A stretch of 64,000 nucleotides of DNA, from the IMG/VR virus record IMGVR_UViG_3300021478_000015, positions 1 through 64,000 of that record. One strand, written 5' to 3'. Shown one piece after another: positions 47,068-54,898 of this stretch (the stretch's first letter is position 1; every line of letters starts with the position of its first letter). The DNA comes from a virus. The notes below the pieces were generated by a model that was given only the letters and a program-made list of their open reading frames with translations, was not told the DNA's origin and searched no databases. Both the position numbers and the translations under genes were made by a program.

Positions 47068-48949
47068 GGTATTGATCCTGGTAGGCAAGGAGTCTTTCTC
47101 TAAGTCTTTTGTTGCGTGAAGCTGCCAGAGCAAGAGTCGTAGCATCGACGGTTACTAGCTTGCCACGTTGTCTTTGATCTTCGATGTACAACTCGGCGCA
47201 CTCGATGAGCTTGACGGTGCCATATCCCCCTTGGGTGTCATAGGCGTCTCCTAGCTCAGCCACGGTGCCCAGGGGCTCGAATCGGACTCTCGGCTTAGGA
47301 GCACCCCGGACCTTGACTACCGGGGGATTAGCAGGCTCACCCTCGATCACGGTGAGGGGTGGTAACAGAGGGACCTCTCGTCTTATCCGTTCGGCCATGG
47401 AGATCAGGTCGGGATCGGCGGGCATGTAGATCCGGCCGATGTTGGTCGGGTCGTTGGGATCGATTCGCATCACCCGGCCCACGATCTGGCGGAAAGCCAG
47501 CTTGGTCTTGGTATTGGTCAGGTAGACCACGGCTCGCAGACGGCGGATGTCGATGCCCTCCGAGATCATGTTGACGGCCACCAGCCAGCGCTTGCTGGCA
47601 TGGTGGGCCTTGAACTGGCGGATGACATCGGCGGCATTTTGATCGTCAGGGTTGGTGTCCTTGGACCAGGCCTTCATCGGTTTGATACCGGTGATCTTCT
47701 CTAGGCGCTTGGCGATGCGTTCGGCGTGATCACAGTCGTAACACACCACTAATCCGGCAGCATCAGGATCACCATTGTCGCGGATATCGATCAGCCAATC
47801 ATTGGCTTTGTGTATTAGCTGATCGGTGATGGTCCCATCCCCGATGCAATCCAGGGCGGTAAGCAGACGGCGTTTCTTTCCGAGTGTGCTTACATCCGGG
47901 TCGTTAAAGTCGAGGGTGTGCTCGGTGCCGTCCTCGTTGCGGAAGGTGGTCGATCCCTGGGTAGTGAGGAACTGCACCCGGCGGCAGGCCGGAGGTTTGT
48001 CCCGAAGAGCATGGCCATAGGTGTAGCGATAGAGCGGTTTGGCAGCACCTCCGGTATGGGGCACGAAGGCAATCTTCTTGGCGTCGGTACGGAACGGGGT
48101 CCCTGACATCGACAGGATGCACCGGGCTCCCTGGGCGAAGGCGGTCTGGGCGGCCAGGCCCCAGGTCTTGTCGGTGGCGACGTGGTGGACCTCATCGAAG
48201 ATGACCAGGGTGTTGTGGTGAACGTTGGTGGTCGTCCGGCCCTTTTTCTCGATACTGATGTCAGTGGCGTGGGCCAGGAAGGTGTCAGTCATTCTGGCCA
48301 GGGATTGGTAGCTGAGGACCGCTCCCACAGCGTTGTCTGGGATGGCCCTGGTGGGCCTCCAGATCGCCCCTCTGGTGCTAACCAGGGGCAGGGTGGGGTT
48401 GTCGGGCTCTCGCTTGCTGGCGGCTAGCAGCCAGCCGTCTGCGATGCCGATGGTGTGAACCACCACCAACACCCGCGAGATCTCCCCAGCCTTGATCAGA
48501 TGGTGGGCTACCTCCAGGGCCAGGCGGGTCTTGCCTGCACCGGGGCAGGCCTCGATCAGTACCGGGTCGTTCAGGATACGGGGTAGGATCTTGTCCAGAG
48601 CCTGCTCCTGCCAGTGCCGGAGCCTGTCGTCCCCGGCTGCCAGCAGGTCCAGGTTGAACTGCTTGGCCAGGGTCTCGTAGGTCTGGTTGCCCTTGCGGGC
48701 GTTGCAATGACGGCACAGGGCCATGAGGTTGGAGTAGACGGTGCGGCCACCCTTGCTCCAGGGGAAGACGTGGTCGCCGTCGAAGAGGTCACGGGGAAGC
48801 TCGCGCTGGCAGGGCGGGCACTTCCTGCCTTGGGCCTCCCACTTGCGGATCACCTCGGCGCGGCTGAACCTCCGGTGAGGATCCCGTTGATCCAGGGGTA
48901 CGTCAGGGATCTTGGGCTCGCCCAGCAGGACGGCTCCGGTGAGGTTCAT
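47054..48949 (-). CDS. HNH endonuclease fused to SF2 (restriction Res-like) helicase
   Basis: C..C..DHVFPWSKGG..NL..LC..CN..K; PGAGKT, DEVHH, SGTP, EGID, QIVGR. Confidence 0.92.
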   Translation of the reverse strand: MNLTGAVLLGEPKIPDVPLDQRDPHRRFSRAEVIRKWEAQGRKCPPCQRELPRDLFDGDHVFPWSKGGRTVYSNLMALCRHCNARKGNQTYETLAKQFNLDLLAAGDDRLRHWQEQALDKILPRILNDPVLIEACPGAGKTRLALEVAHHLIKAGEISRVLVVVHTIGIADGWLLAASKREPDNPTLPLVSTRGAIWRPTRAIPDNAVGAVLSYQSLARMTDTFLAHATDISIEKKGRTTTNVHHNTLVIFDEVHHVATDKTWGLAAQTAFAQGARCILSMSGTPFRTDAKKIAFVPHTGGAAKPLYRYTYGHALRDKPPACRRVQFLTTQGSTTFRNEDGTEHTLDFNDPDVSTLGKKRRLLTALDCIGDGTITDQLIHKANDWLIDIRDNGDPDAAGLVVCYDCDHAERIAKRLEKITGIKPMKAWSKDTNPDDQNAADVIRQFKAHHASKRWLVAVNMISEGIDIRRLRAVVYLTNTKTKLAFRQIVGRVMRIDPNDPTNIGRIYMPADPDLISMAERIRREVPLLPPLTVIEGEPANPPVVKVRGAPKPRVRFEPLGTVAELGDAYDTQGGYGTVKLIECAELYIEDQRQRGKLVTVDATTLALAASRNKRLRERLLAYQDQYHVAS

Positions 48950-49089
48950 GACTCCACCTGGACCCGGCCCCGGCAGGCGCGCTTAGCGGCCACCTTCTTC
49001 TTGGACTGGACGGTCTTGGCCCGCAGGGGGACGTGGGGGTTCATGACCCGCGCCCCAGGGCGGGCGGAGGTGCGTCTGGGCTTGGCCAT
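48946..49089 (-). CDS. small basic peptide (47 aa)
   Basis: TGATG and ATGA overlaps; MAKPRR..SKKKVAAKRACR. Confidence 0.65.
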   Translation of the reverse strand: MAKPRRTSARPGARVMNPHVPLRAKTVQSKKKVAAKRACRGRVQVES

Positions 49090-49340
49090 CAGACCTCCAC
49101 CTCCACGGTGACCTTGCCACCCTCGATGGCGACCAGCTTGGCCCCCAACCGGCGCACACGGGCCAACACGGCCCCGGAGGAGGAGTGGGCGTAGCCCACG
49201 ATCTCAGCCCCGGTGAAGGTCTTCTCGAAGCCCACGCCCCGGCCGTTCCGGACGATCATCTCGCCCTTGGCGTAGTGGGCCTTGACCAAAGCGAACTTGG
49301 CCCCGGAGCGGGTCTTGATGGTGACGGTGGTGGTGGTCAT
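49089..49340 (-). CDS. hypothetical protein, leaderless
   Basis: ATG 7 nt after -10. Confidence 0.75.
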   Translation of the reverse strand: MTTTTVTIKTRSGAKFALVKAHYAKGEMIVRNGRGVGFEKTFTGAEIVGYAHSSSGAVLARVRRLGAKLVAIEGGKVTVEVEV

Positions 49341-49347
49341 GGGAAGT

Positions 49348-49379
49348 ACCTTAGCAAACTTTCTTAGAGGGTGCAAGTC
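49348..49379 (-). promoter_or_regulatory. promoter with operator motif (class B), leaderless
   Basis: TTGCAC-17-TAAGGT; CTCTAAG-AAAGTT-TGCTAA. Confidence 0.85.
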
Positions 49380-49396
49380 ACCCCGGACGCGAAGAA

Positions 49397-49418
49397 GGAG
49401 GTCCCTTAGAGGACCTCC
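49397..49418 (-). terminator. hairpin terminator
   Basis: GGAGGTCC/GGACCTCC inverted repeat followed by TTCTTC. Confidence 0.6.
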
Positions 49419-49448
49419 CTCTTGCTTCCTGCCGCCCCTGCAGGAGAC

Positions 49449-49694
49449 TTAGATCTTGACGGGCTGCTTCACCTCCCGGACGAACCGGCGCACCGGCCCG
49501 GCCTGGGGGTAGGTGTGGTAGATCCCCACCGAGGTCACCTCGGGGTGCTCGGCCAGGAAGGTCTCGGCAAAGCCCAGGGCGGACTGCTCGGCGGCGGCCT
49601 GGCGCTTACCGGCTGAGGCCTGGATCATCAGGCTGCGCCGGTCGCCCTGGCGGGGCTCGATCTCGTATTCGTGCTTGTCACTGGGGGTACGCAT
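49449..49694 (-). CDS. hypothetical protein
   Basis: TAAGGA SD. Confidence 0.75.
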   Translation of the reverse strand: MRTPSDKHEYEIEPRQGDRRSLMIQASAGKRQAAAEQSALGFAETFLAEHPEVTSVGIYHTYPQAGPVRRFVREVKQPVKI

Positions 49695-49719
49695 GGCGTT
49701 TTCCTTACTTACTAGTAGG

Positions 49720-50094
49720 TCAGATGATGGTGTCTTTGTTCACGGTCCCGCAGCGGCTGCAGGTCCGGTATTCGTAGGTCCCACCGGCCACCACGTAGTC
49801 ATGAGGAAGATGGGCCGGGGTCCGGCCGCAGACCGGGTCGTACTCGATGGTGCGAGCCTCGCCCAGGTGCTCCCAGCCGATGATGTCCAGGATGTGCCGG
49901 TCGGTCTGGGTGTAGAAGTCATGGACGACCATGCCCTGGCCATCACAGGGCTCTGTCTGCTCCCAGGGCTCACTCTGCTCCGCCCGGACGCTCAGGAAGC
50001 CTCCACAGGCCTCACAGCGGGGCTGGACGGCCTCCTGGCCCTCGTAGTCAGGCTCCCTGGTCGCCCAGGCGTCGTAGCCGCGCAGGCCTACCAT
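49720..50094 (-). CDS. Zn-ribbon hypothetical protein
   Basis: CEACG..CSRCG; start reassigned to ATG 50094. Confidence 0.65.
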   Translation of the reverse strand: MVGLRGYDAWATREPDYEGQEAVQPRCEACGGFLSVRAEQSEPWEQTEPCDGQGMVVHDFYTQTDRHILDIIGWEHLGEARTIEYDPVCGRTPAHLPHDYVVAGGTYEYRTCSRCGTVNKDTII

Positions 50095-50276
50095 CCCCGG
50101 TTCTCCTTGCGAAGCTCGGCCCGCCGCTCGGCGGCATCTTCCTCCTGGTCGGCCATCCAGGCATTGAACTGGTCCTGGGCCTCGATCGAGTCGGTGTCCA
50201 GGTCGGCTGGGGTGATCTCCTCGGCCCAGCGGGTGAAGGCCTCCTCGTAGGCCTCGTCGTAGGGGGATGCCCTCAT
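50088..50276 (-). CDS. small acidic protein
   Basis: GGAGG SD, ATGA overlap. Confidence 0.7.
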   Translation of the reverse strand: MRASPYDEAYEEAFTRWAEEITPADLDTDSIEAQDQFNAWMADQEEDAAERRAELRKENRGW

Positions 50277-50584
50277 GACTGCACCTCCAGGTACGCCTCG
50301 ATGCTGGACAGGGACACCTTGTGGCCACGGGCGATCTGCTGACCGGCCTGGCGGCCTGAGTGGGCTAGGCCCCGGTAGGATTCACTGGCCGAGACGCGGC
50401 CCTGGGCATCGATGCTGAACTCCCAGAAGTTTGAGCCCTGAGGCATGTGGTTGGCGATGGTGACGTGGCGGTAGCTGCCGTAGAAGCGCTCCTCGACCAC
50501 AAAGTGGCGGCGGTAGGCGGCGGCGATGATGGCTTCGACCCGGCGCACTGACCGGGAGCGAACTGGTGTGGTGGTCTCAGGCAT
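50273..50584 (-). CDS. hypothetical protein, leaderless
   Basis: ATG 7 nt after -10. Confidence 0.75.
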   Translation of the reverse strand: MPETTTPVRSRSVRRVEAIIAAAYRRHFVVEERFYGSYRHVTIANHMPQGSNFWEFSIDAQGRVSASESYRGLAHSGRQAGQQIARGHKVSLSSIEAYLEVQS

Positions 50585-50591
50585 GACTGGT

Positions 50592-50623
50592 ACATTAGCA
50601 GATTCGCTTAGAGAGGGCAAGTC
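50592..50623 (-). promoter_or_regulatory. promoter with operator motif (class B), leaderless
   Basis: TTGCCC-17-TAATGT; CTCTAAG-CGAATC-TGCTAA. Confidence 0.85.
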
Positions 50624-50783
50624 AGTCCACCACCAGGAGCCAGAGCAGGTAGCCGACCGTGGCCCAGAACGTCAGGCACAGGACCAGCAGGAGTAGCAGG
50701 AATCCGAGGTCGAGCAGGTACTGCCGCCGCCGGACGCGGCTGACGATGCGTTGTGCCTCCCGGACCGGAGTGCGCCGCCTCAC
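50622..50783 (-). CDS. small membrane protein (~53 aa)
   Basis: Basic N-terminus then long Leu-rich segment; read manually. Confidence 0.55.
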   Translation of the reverse strand: MRRRTPVREAQRIVSRVRRRQYLLDLGFLLLLLVLCLTFWATVGYLLWLLVVD

Positions 50784-50802
50784 CTGATCGAGCCTGGCAC
50801 AT

Positions 50803-51141
50803 TCAGGCGACCTTGACCTTTGCCTTTGTGCGCCTTCTCACTAGCAGGCTGCGATTGATCATCTCGGCTCGCATCTTCGGTCTCATCGGCTCACCGAAGC
50901 TGGAGATGGTGGTGTATTGCTCGGGATAGCGATAGTAGCGCTGGAATACCTTCATGTCGTTGCCGATGTAATCGAAGCGCTCGGTGGTGCAACGGGTGCA
51001 ACGAAGAGCCAGGCAAGCTTGGGCGGCTCGGAAGAGATCGCTGTTCACCTCGGCGGTGGGGTTGTCATCCCAGGAGTGTCCGATGGTTCGGCAGATGACA
51101 TAAGTATCCTGTAGATCCGAGATCTCCATACGGATTGCCAT
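50803..51141 (-). CDS. hypothetical Zn-binding protein
   Basis: CR..GHSW..CTRC. Confidence 0.75.
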   Translation of the reverse strand: MAIRMEISDLQDTYVICRTIGHSWDDNPTAEVNSDLFRAAQACLALRCTRCTTERFDYIGNDMKVFQRYYRYPEQYTTISSFGEPMRPKMRAEMINRSLLVRRRTKAKVKVA

Positions 51142-51416
51142 CAGCGTTCCATCCTTTCAGCTAGCCACATATGACCATCCTGATCCTCCAACACAATAAA
51201 GGGCAACACCTTGAACTTTGGCGCGGTCGGTTTCGGAGGGTTGAACACCTCCACCGCCTGGCTGTTGTTAGTCGGCCGTGGAGGCATGCCTTTCTTACGC
51301 AACCGGCCGGTCTTACCTCCCCAGATGCCGTGCGCTTTTCGCATGTGATCGCCCCAGAGATAGACAGAGGCATAGCTTTTGCCGCAGTGTGGGCACTTCT
51401 CTTTGACTCCGGCCAT
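51141..51416 (-). CDS. C2H2 zinc-finger protein
   Basis: CPHCGKSY..HMRKAH. Confidence 0.7.
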   Translation of the reverse strand: MAGVKEKCPHCGKSYASVYLWGDHMRKAHGIWGGKTGRLRKKGMPPRPTNNSQAVEVFNPPKPTAPKFKVLPFIVLEDQDGHMWLAERMER

Positions 51417-52228
51417 CACACCGGGCTTTCATCCACGATGGACAGGTCGCTGCGAACCTCGTCGCGCCACTCATCGATCTGATCGGAGGTGGGCTCATCG
51501 GGCTCGACCCGGCCACTGCCGTCGCAGGTGTCGCAGGCGATCTCCGCCTCGGAGTTCTCGGCCTCCTCGTCGTAGTCGGGGTTCTCGATCACGCCGGTCC
51601 CGCCGCACTCGGAGCACTCGTCTTCCTCGGGCTCGGGGAAGTCCGGGATGGTGGCGTTCTCGATCTCGTCCGCCCAGGAGTCCAGTTGCTCGGAGATGTC
51701 CCGAAGCTCCTGGGACTGCTCCGTCTCATGCTGGAAGCCGGACTCGATGTTGTCGGCCGACTCGCCCTTCTCCTGGGCGATCTCGCGCACTGCCTCGGCC
51801 GCCTCGTTGAGGGCTGTCTGGGCATCATCCTCGGATTCGGCCGAGTCGATGGCCTCGGAGAAGTTGTGGCTGACCTCGGCCAGGCGGGCGCTCAGGCTGG
51901 AGGAGTACTCCCAGACCTGCCAGGAGGGGCAGTTGGCGCAGCGGTACATGGTCCGGCCGCCGTAGGGGCCGGAGCGGGGGCTGATGTGCTTGTAGGGGCT
52001 GCCCACCGTGATCTCGACGCCGCAGGCATCGCACTTGCGATTGGGCAGAGGCTTGGTCTTGTCAGCTACCGTGACCGACAGGAACACCGGCCGACCGGTC
52101 TTGGTCTGCTTCTGCTGGCCGTTCTTACCCATGACCGGAGTCTGCTTCTGCTGACCCGTCTCAGGGTCGATGACAGGGACTTGCTCATACCGCTGTTGAG
52201 CGGCCTTGACGTGGGTGATGCGAGCCAT
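51416..52228 (-). CDS. acidic helical protein with zinc fingers
   Basis: AAGGAG SD; CSECGGTG/CDTCDGSG. Confidence 0.8.
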   Translation of the reverse strand: MARITHVKAAQQRYEQVPVIDPETGQQKQTPVMGKNGQQKQTKTGRPVFLSVTVADKTKPLPNRKCDACGVEITVGSPYKHISPRSGPYGGRTMYRCANCPSWQVWEYSSSLSARLAEVSHNFSEAIDSAESEDDAQTALNEAAEAVREIAQEKGESADNIESGFQHETEQSQELRDISEQLDSWADEIENATIPDFPEPEEDECSECGGTGVIENPDYDEEAENSEAEIACDTCDGSGRVEPDEPTSDQIDEWRDEVRSDLSIVDESPV

Positions 52229-52258
52229 GAAAAACTCCTTGTTGTGGTGGTTGTTCCC

Positions 52259-52300
52259 ACCCTACACGAAAAGGTGGTGTGTTGGCAAGTCGGCTTAGAG
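52259..52300 (-). promoter_or_regulatory. promoter with operator motif (class A)
   Basis: CTCTAAG-CCGACT-TGCCAA; TTGCCA-18-TAGGGT. Confidence 0.75.
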
Positions 52301-52356
52301 AGACTCCGGGTCGAGAGGGTCCCTGTCCAGAGGGGATGCAGGACCCCGAAGGGGTG

Positions 52357-52629
52357 ATGAGGGATCGGCGCTACCGAGGAGGTGATCAGTCCTGGAAGAG
52401 AAAGGGTGCTTGCGCGGGTGACCCTCTAGCCACTGATTTGCTCTTCGCCACCGAACTCAAGGACCAGGCCGCCGCAGCCAAGCGGTGGTGCAGCGAGTGC
52501 CCGGTCCGGCGGGAATGCCTGGACTACGCCATCTCCCACCATGAGGTATTCGGGGTCTGGGGTGGAGTCATCGAGAGCAGACGGCGTAATCGGCGCTGGC
52601 AGACCAGCATGCGGAGCTTGGCCTCATGA
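52357..52629 (+). CDS. whiB: WhiB-family Fe-S transcription factor
   Basis: W...AC..AK..C..CPVR..CL..GVWGG. Confidence 0.93.
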   Translation: MRDRRYRGGDQSWKRKGACAGDPLATDLLFATELKDQAAAAKRWCSECPVRRECLDYAISHHEVFGVWGGVIESRRRNRRWQTSMRSLAS

Positions 52630-53036
52630 CCCACCTCCGCCAGGCCTGGGCCAAGCTGGTGATGGCGGCCGAGGAGGTTTACTACCACGGCACGGCCAAG
52701 GTGCCGTCCTGGCATCCCACCGAGATCACCCCGCAGACCGGGCGCTACGGCAGGCCCACCTTCCCCCATGACACCGATCCGGACTACGCCTACGCCACCA
52801 AGGACCCCGAGGTGGCCTGGAACTACGCCGAGAAGGCCTGGCACAACACCACCGTGGGGCACCCCAGGGTGTTCAGGGTGAAGCCCCGAGGTCCCGTGGA
52901 GGATGATCCCCACCGGGATGAGCGCGGCGAGCTACGGGGCAACTGGGAGGGTGACATCCGCTCCCGGCACGGCTTCGACGTGGTGGGTGAGGAGCCCATG
53001 CCCGAGCACATGGGTGAACCGGAGGACTGGAAATGA
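52626..53036 (+). CDS. Arr-like ADP-ribosyltransferase
   Basis: YYHGT, YAT, RVFRV.P.GP.EDDP, GN, RS..VVGE. Confidence 0.8.
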   Translation: MTHLRQAWAKLVMAAEEVYYHGTAKVPSWHPTEITPQTGRYGRPTFPHDTDPDYAYATKDPEVAWNYAEKAWHNTTVGHPRVFRVKPRGPVEDDPHRDERGELRGNWEGDIRSRHGFDVVGEEPMPEHMGEPEDWK

Positions 53037-54289
53037 ACCACCTCCGCCAGGCCTGGGGACGGCAGGTCGAGGCCTGGCGCGTCCCCGAGACCATCCGGGG
53101 ATATCCCCTGCCCGTTGGCGGCCAGTTCGCTCATACCCAGGACACCCTGGACCCCGACCTGTTCGACCACAACGAGAGGATGCATCCCTGGATCCGGGAC
53201 TCCCTCATTGACATCCTGGAGGCCTTCTGGCGGCCCCGCTACGGCGACTGGCACTCCTGGACCCGGATCTACCTGGCGGGCTCCCTGGCCAGCTACTGGT
53301 GGTCCACCTTGGACTTCGACACCCTGGTCGGCGTGGACACCCATCGCTTCGTCAGGGACCACCCTGAGTTCGGGGGCATGTCCGATCCCGAGATCTGCCA
53401 GGCCCTCACCCATGAGTTCATCCTGGAGCTTGACCCTCTGTTGAAGGATTGGAGCTTCCCGCCTGAGCCCAACCTGCACCGGCTCATGGACACCCTTAAT
53501 GGCCCGGATCCAACAGATGTGTATAAGTCGGTGCCTTACACATTGGTGACCGGTATTGGGCCGATGGAAATGACTTGGTACGTGAATCCTTCGGCCTATG
53601 ACATCCGGGTCATTAAGCCCTATGCCGCCTACGATGTCACCCAGGATCGCTGGGCTGTGCATCCTGACAAGATGTCTAAGACCTGGGGAGCCCATGCTCT
53701 GGGCAACGTCTTCTGGGAGCACTTGGCCGACGTGGCTGATCACATCAAGGCGGCCCTGGCCCTGCCGGAGCCCGAGCGCACCGCCCATTGTTTGTCCATC
53801 TACGACGCCATCCACGCTGCCCGTGGCAAGGCTTTCTCCCCGGCCGGGAAGGGCGTGACCGATCCCCGCTCTCTACAGTGGATCGTCCTCAATAGATGGG
53901 GTCTCCTTGGTCCCCTGGAGGTGGCTGCTCATCCTGGCCGGGAGATGGCTCACCTACCGCCCGCCCGAGCTTCCTCCTGGCGGGCTCTGGATCCCGGCTT
54001 TGAGGAGGGTGGTCACGGCTCCTGGCGTGAGCATCCGGCAGTGATCATTCCCGAGGGCGGTGCAGCCGGGCGTAAGCGGTATACCGTCCATGTCCATGGC
54101 AACCCGGTGGCCAGCCGGTCCACCCTGCGAGAGGCCAAGGAAGTGCTCGAAGCCGAGCACGGGCCGCTGCCCTGGAAGCGGGTCCGACCCAAGAAGCAAG
54201 AGGCCGAGCATTACTACTTCGGCCCCACCACCGAGTTCTCCGATCCGGGCGAGTATCACTACGTGGAGCATCTGCCGGAGAAAGAATGA
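53033..54289 (+). CDS. Pol-beta-superfamily nucleotidyltransferase with extra C-terminal module
   Basis: IYLAGSLASY...DFD. Confidence 0.75.
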   Translation: MNHLRQAWGRQVEAWRVPETIRGYPLPVGGQFAHTQDTLDPDLFDHNERMHPWIRDSLIDILEAFWRPRYGDWHSWTRIYLAGSLASYWWSTLDFDTLVGVDTHRFVRDHPEFGGMSDPEICQALTHEFILELDPLLKDWSFPPEPNLHRLMDTLNGPDPTDVYKSVPYTLVTGIGPMEMTWYVNPSAYDIRVIKPYAAYDVTQDRWAVHPDKMSKTWGAHALGNVFWEHLADVADHIKAALALPEPERTAHCLSIYDAIHAARGKAFSPAGKGVTDPRSLQWIVLNRWGLLGPLEVAAHPGREMAHLPPARASSWRALDPGFEEGGHGSWREHPAVIIPEGGAAGRKRYTVHVHGNPVASRSTLREAKEVLEAEHGPLPWKRVRPKKQEAEHYYFGPTTEFSDPGEYHYVEHLPEKE

Positions 54290-54576
54290 CCGCTGAAGAT
54301 CCACCTCGACCGGAGCTTCGAGAGGTGAAGTGGATCTTCCCCAAGGATCTCGAAGATGGTCAAGCCATCTTTATTCATGTACAAGGGTTTGCTATATGTC
54401 CGTACTTCGACTATCACGGTGATGGACTCGGAAGCTTCGGTAGTCACTTCTATCAAGGAAGAGTCCAGCGAATCGTAGATGAGAATGGTGATCTCATCGC
54501 AGTACAGATAGGGATGTATGTAGTCCCTGATTTCCTACTCGATCATCCCAGAGTGACGGCGCTGATCGAGCAATGA
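54286..54576 (+). CDS. hypothetical protein
   Basis: ATGA overlap. Confidence 0.6.
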   Translation: MTAEDPPRPELREVKWIFPKDLEDGQAIFIHVQGFAICPYFDYHGDGLGSFGSHFYQGRVQRIVDENGDLIAVQIGMYVVPDFLLDHPRVTALIEQ

Positions 54577-54601
54577 ACCTTCAAGGCTGGAAGGGAAAGC
54601 T

Positions 54602-54889
54602 ATGCCCAGAGGAGTATGCTTCGTAACAGAACGTCATAAGGCCGGGATGCTATGGGTGACCGGAGACCCACCAAAGCCTGACGACGCGGTGCTGTACGCC
54701 GAGACTGAGAAGGCCTTCGAGTACGTGGACTGGCAGGTCCTGGTCATCTTCGAGAGCATCCACGGCGGGGACGTGGCCCACGCCGCCGAGCGCCTGGTCA
54801 AGCGTTACGGAGGCAAGACCGTGTCCTACTCGGTTGTCTTAGATCCGGAGGAGGCCGAGAGCCTGGTTGAGCAAGCACTCTTACATTAG
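54602..54889 (+). CDS. hypothetical protein
   Basis: AAGGGA SD. Confidence 0.7.
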   Translation: MPRGVCFVTERHKAGMLWVTGDPPKPDDAVLYAETEKAFEYVDWQVLVIFESIHGGDVAHAAERLVKRYGGKTVSYSVVLDPEEAESLVEQALLH

Positions 54890-54898
54890 ACTCGGCTC

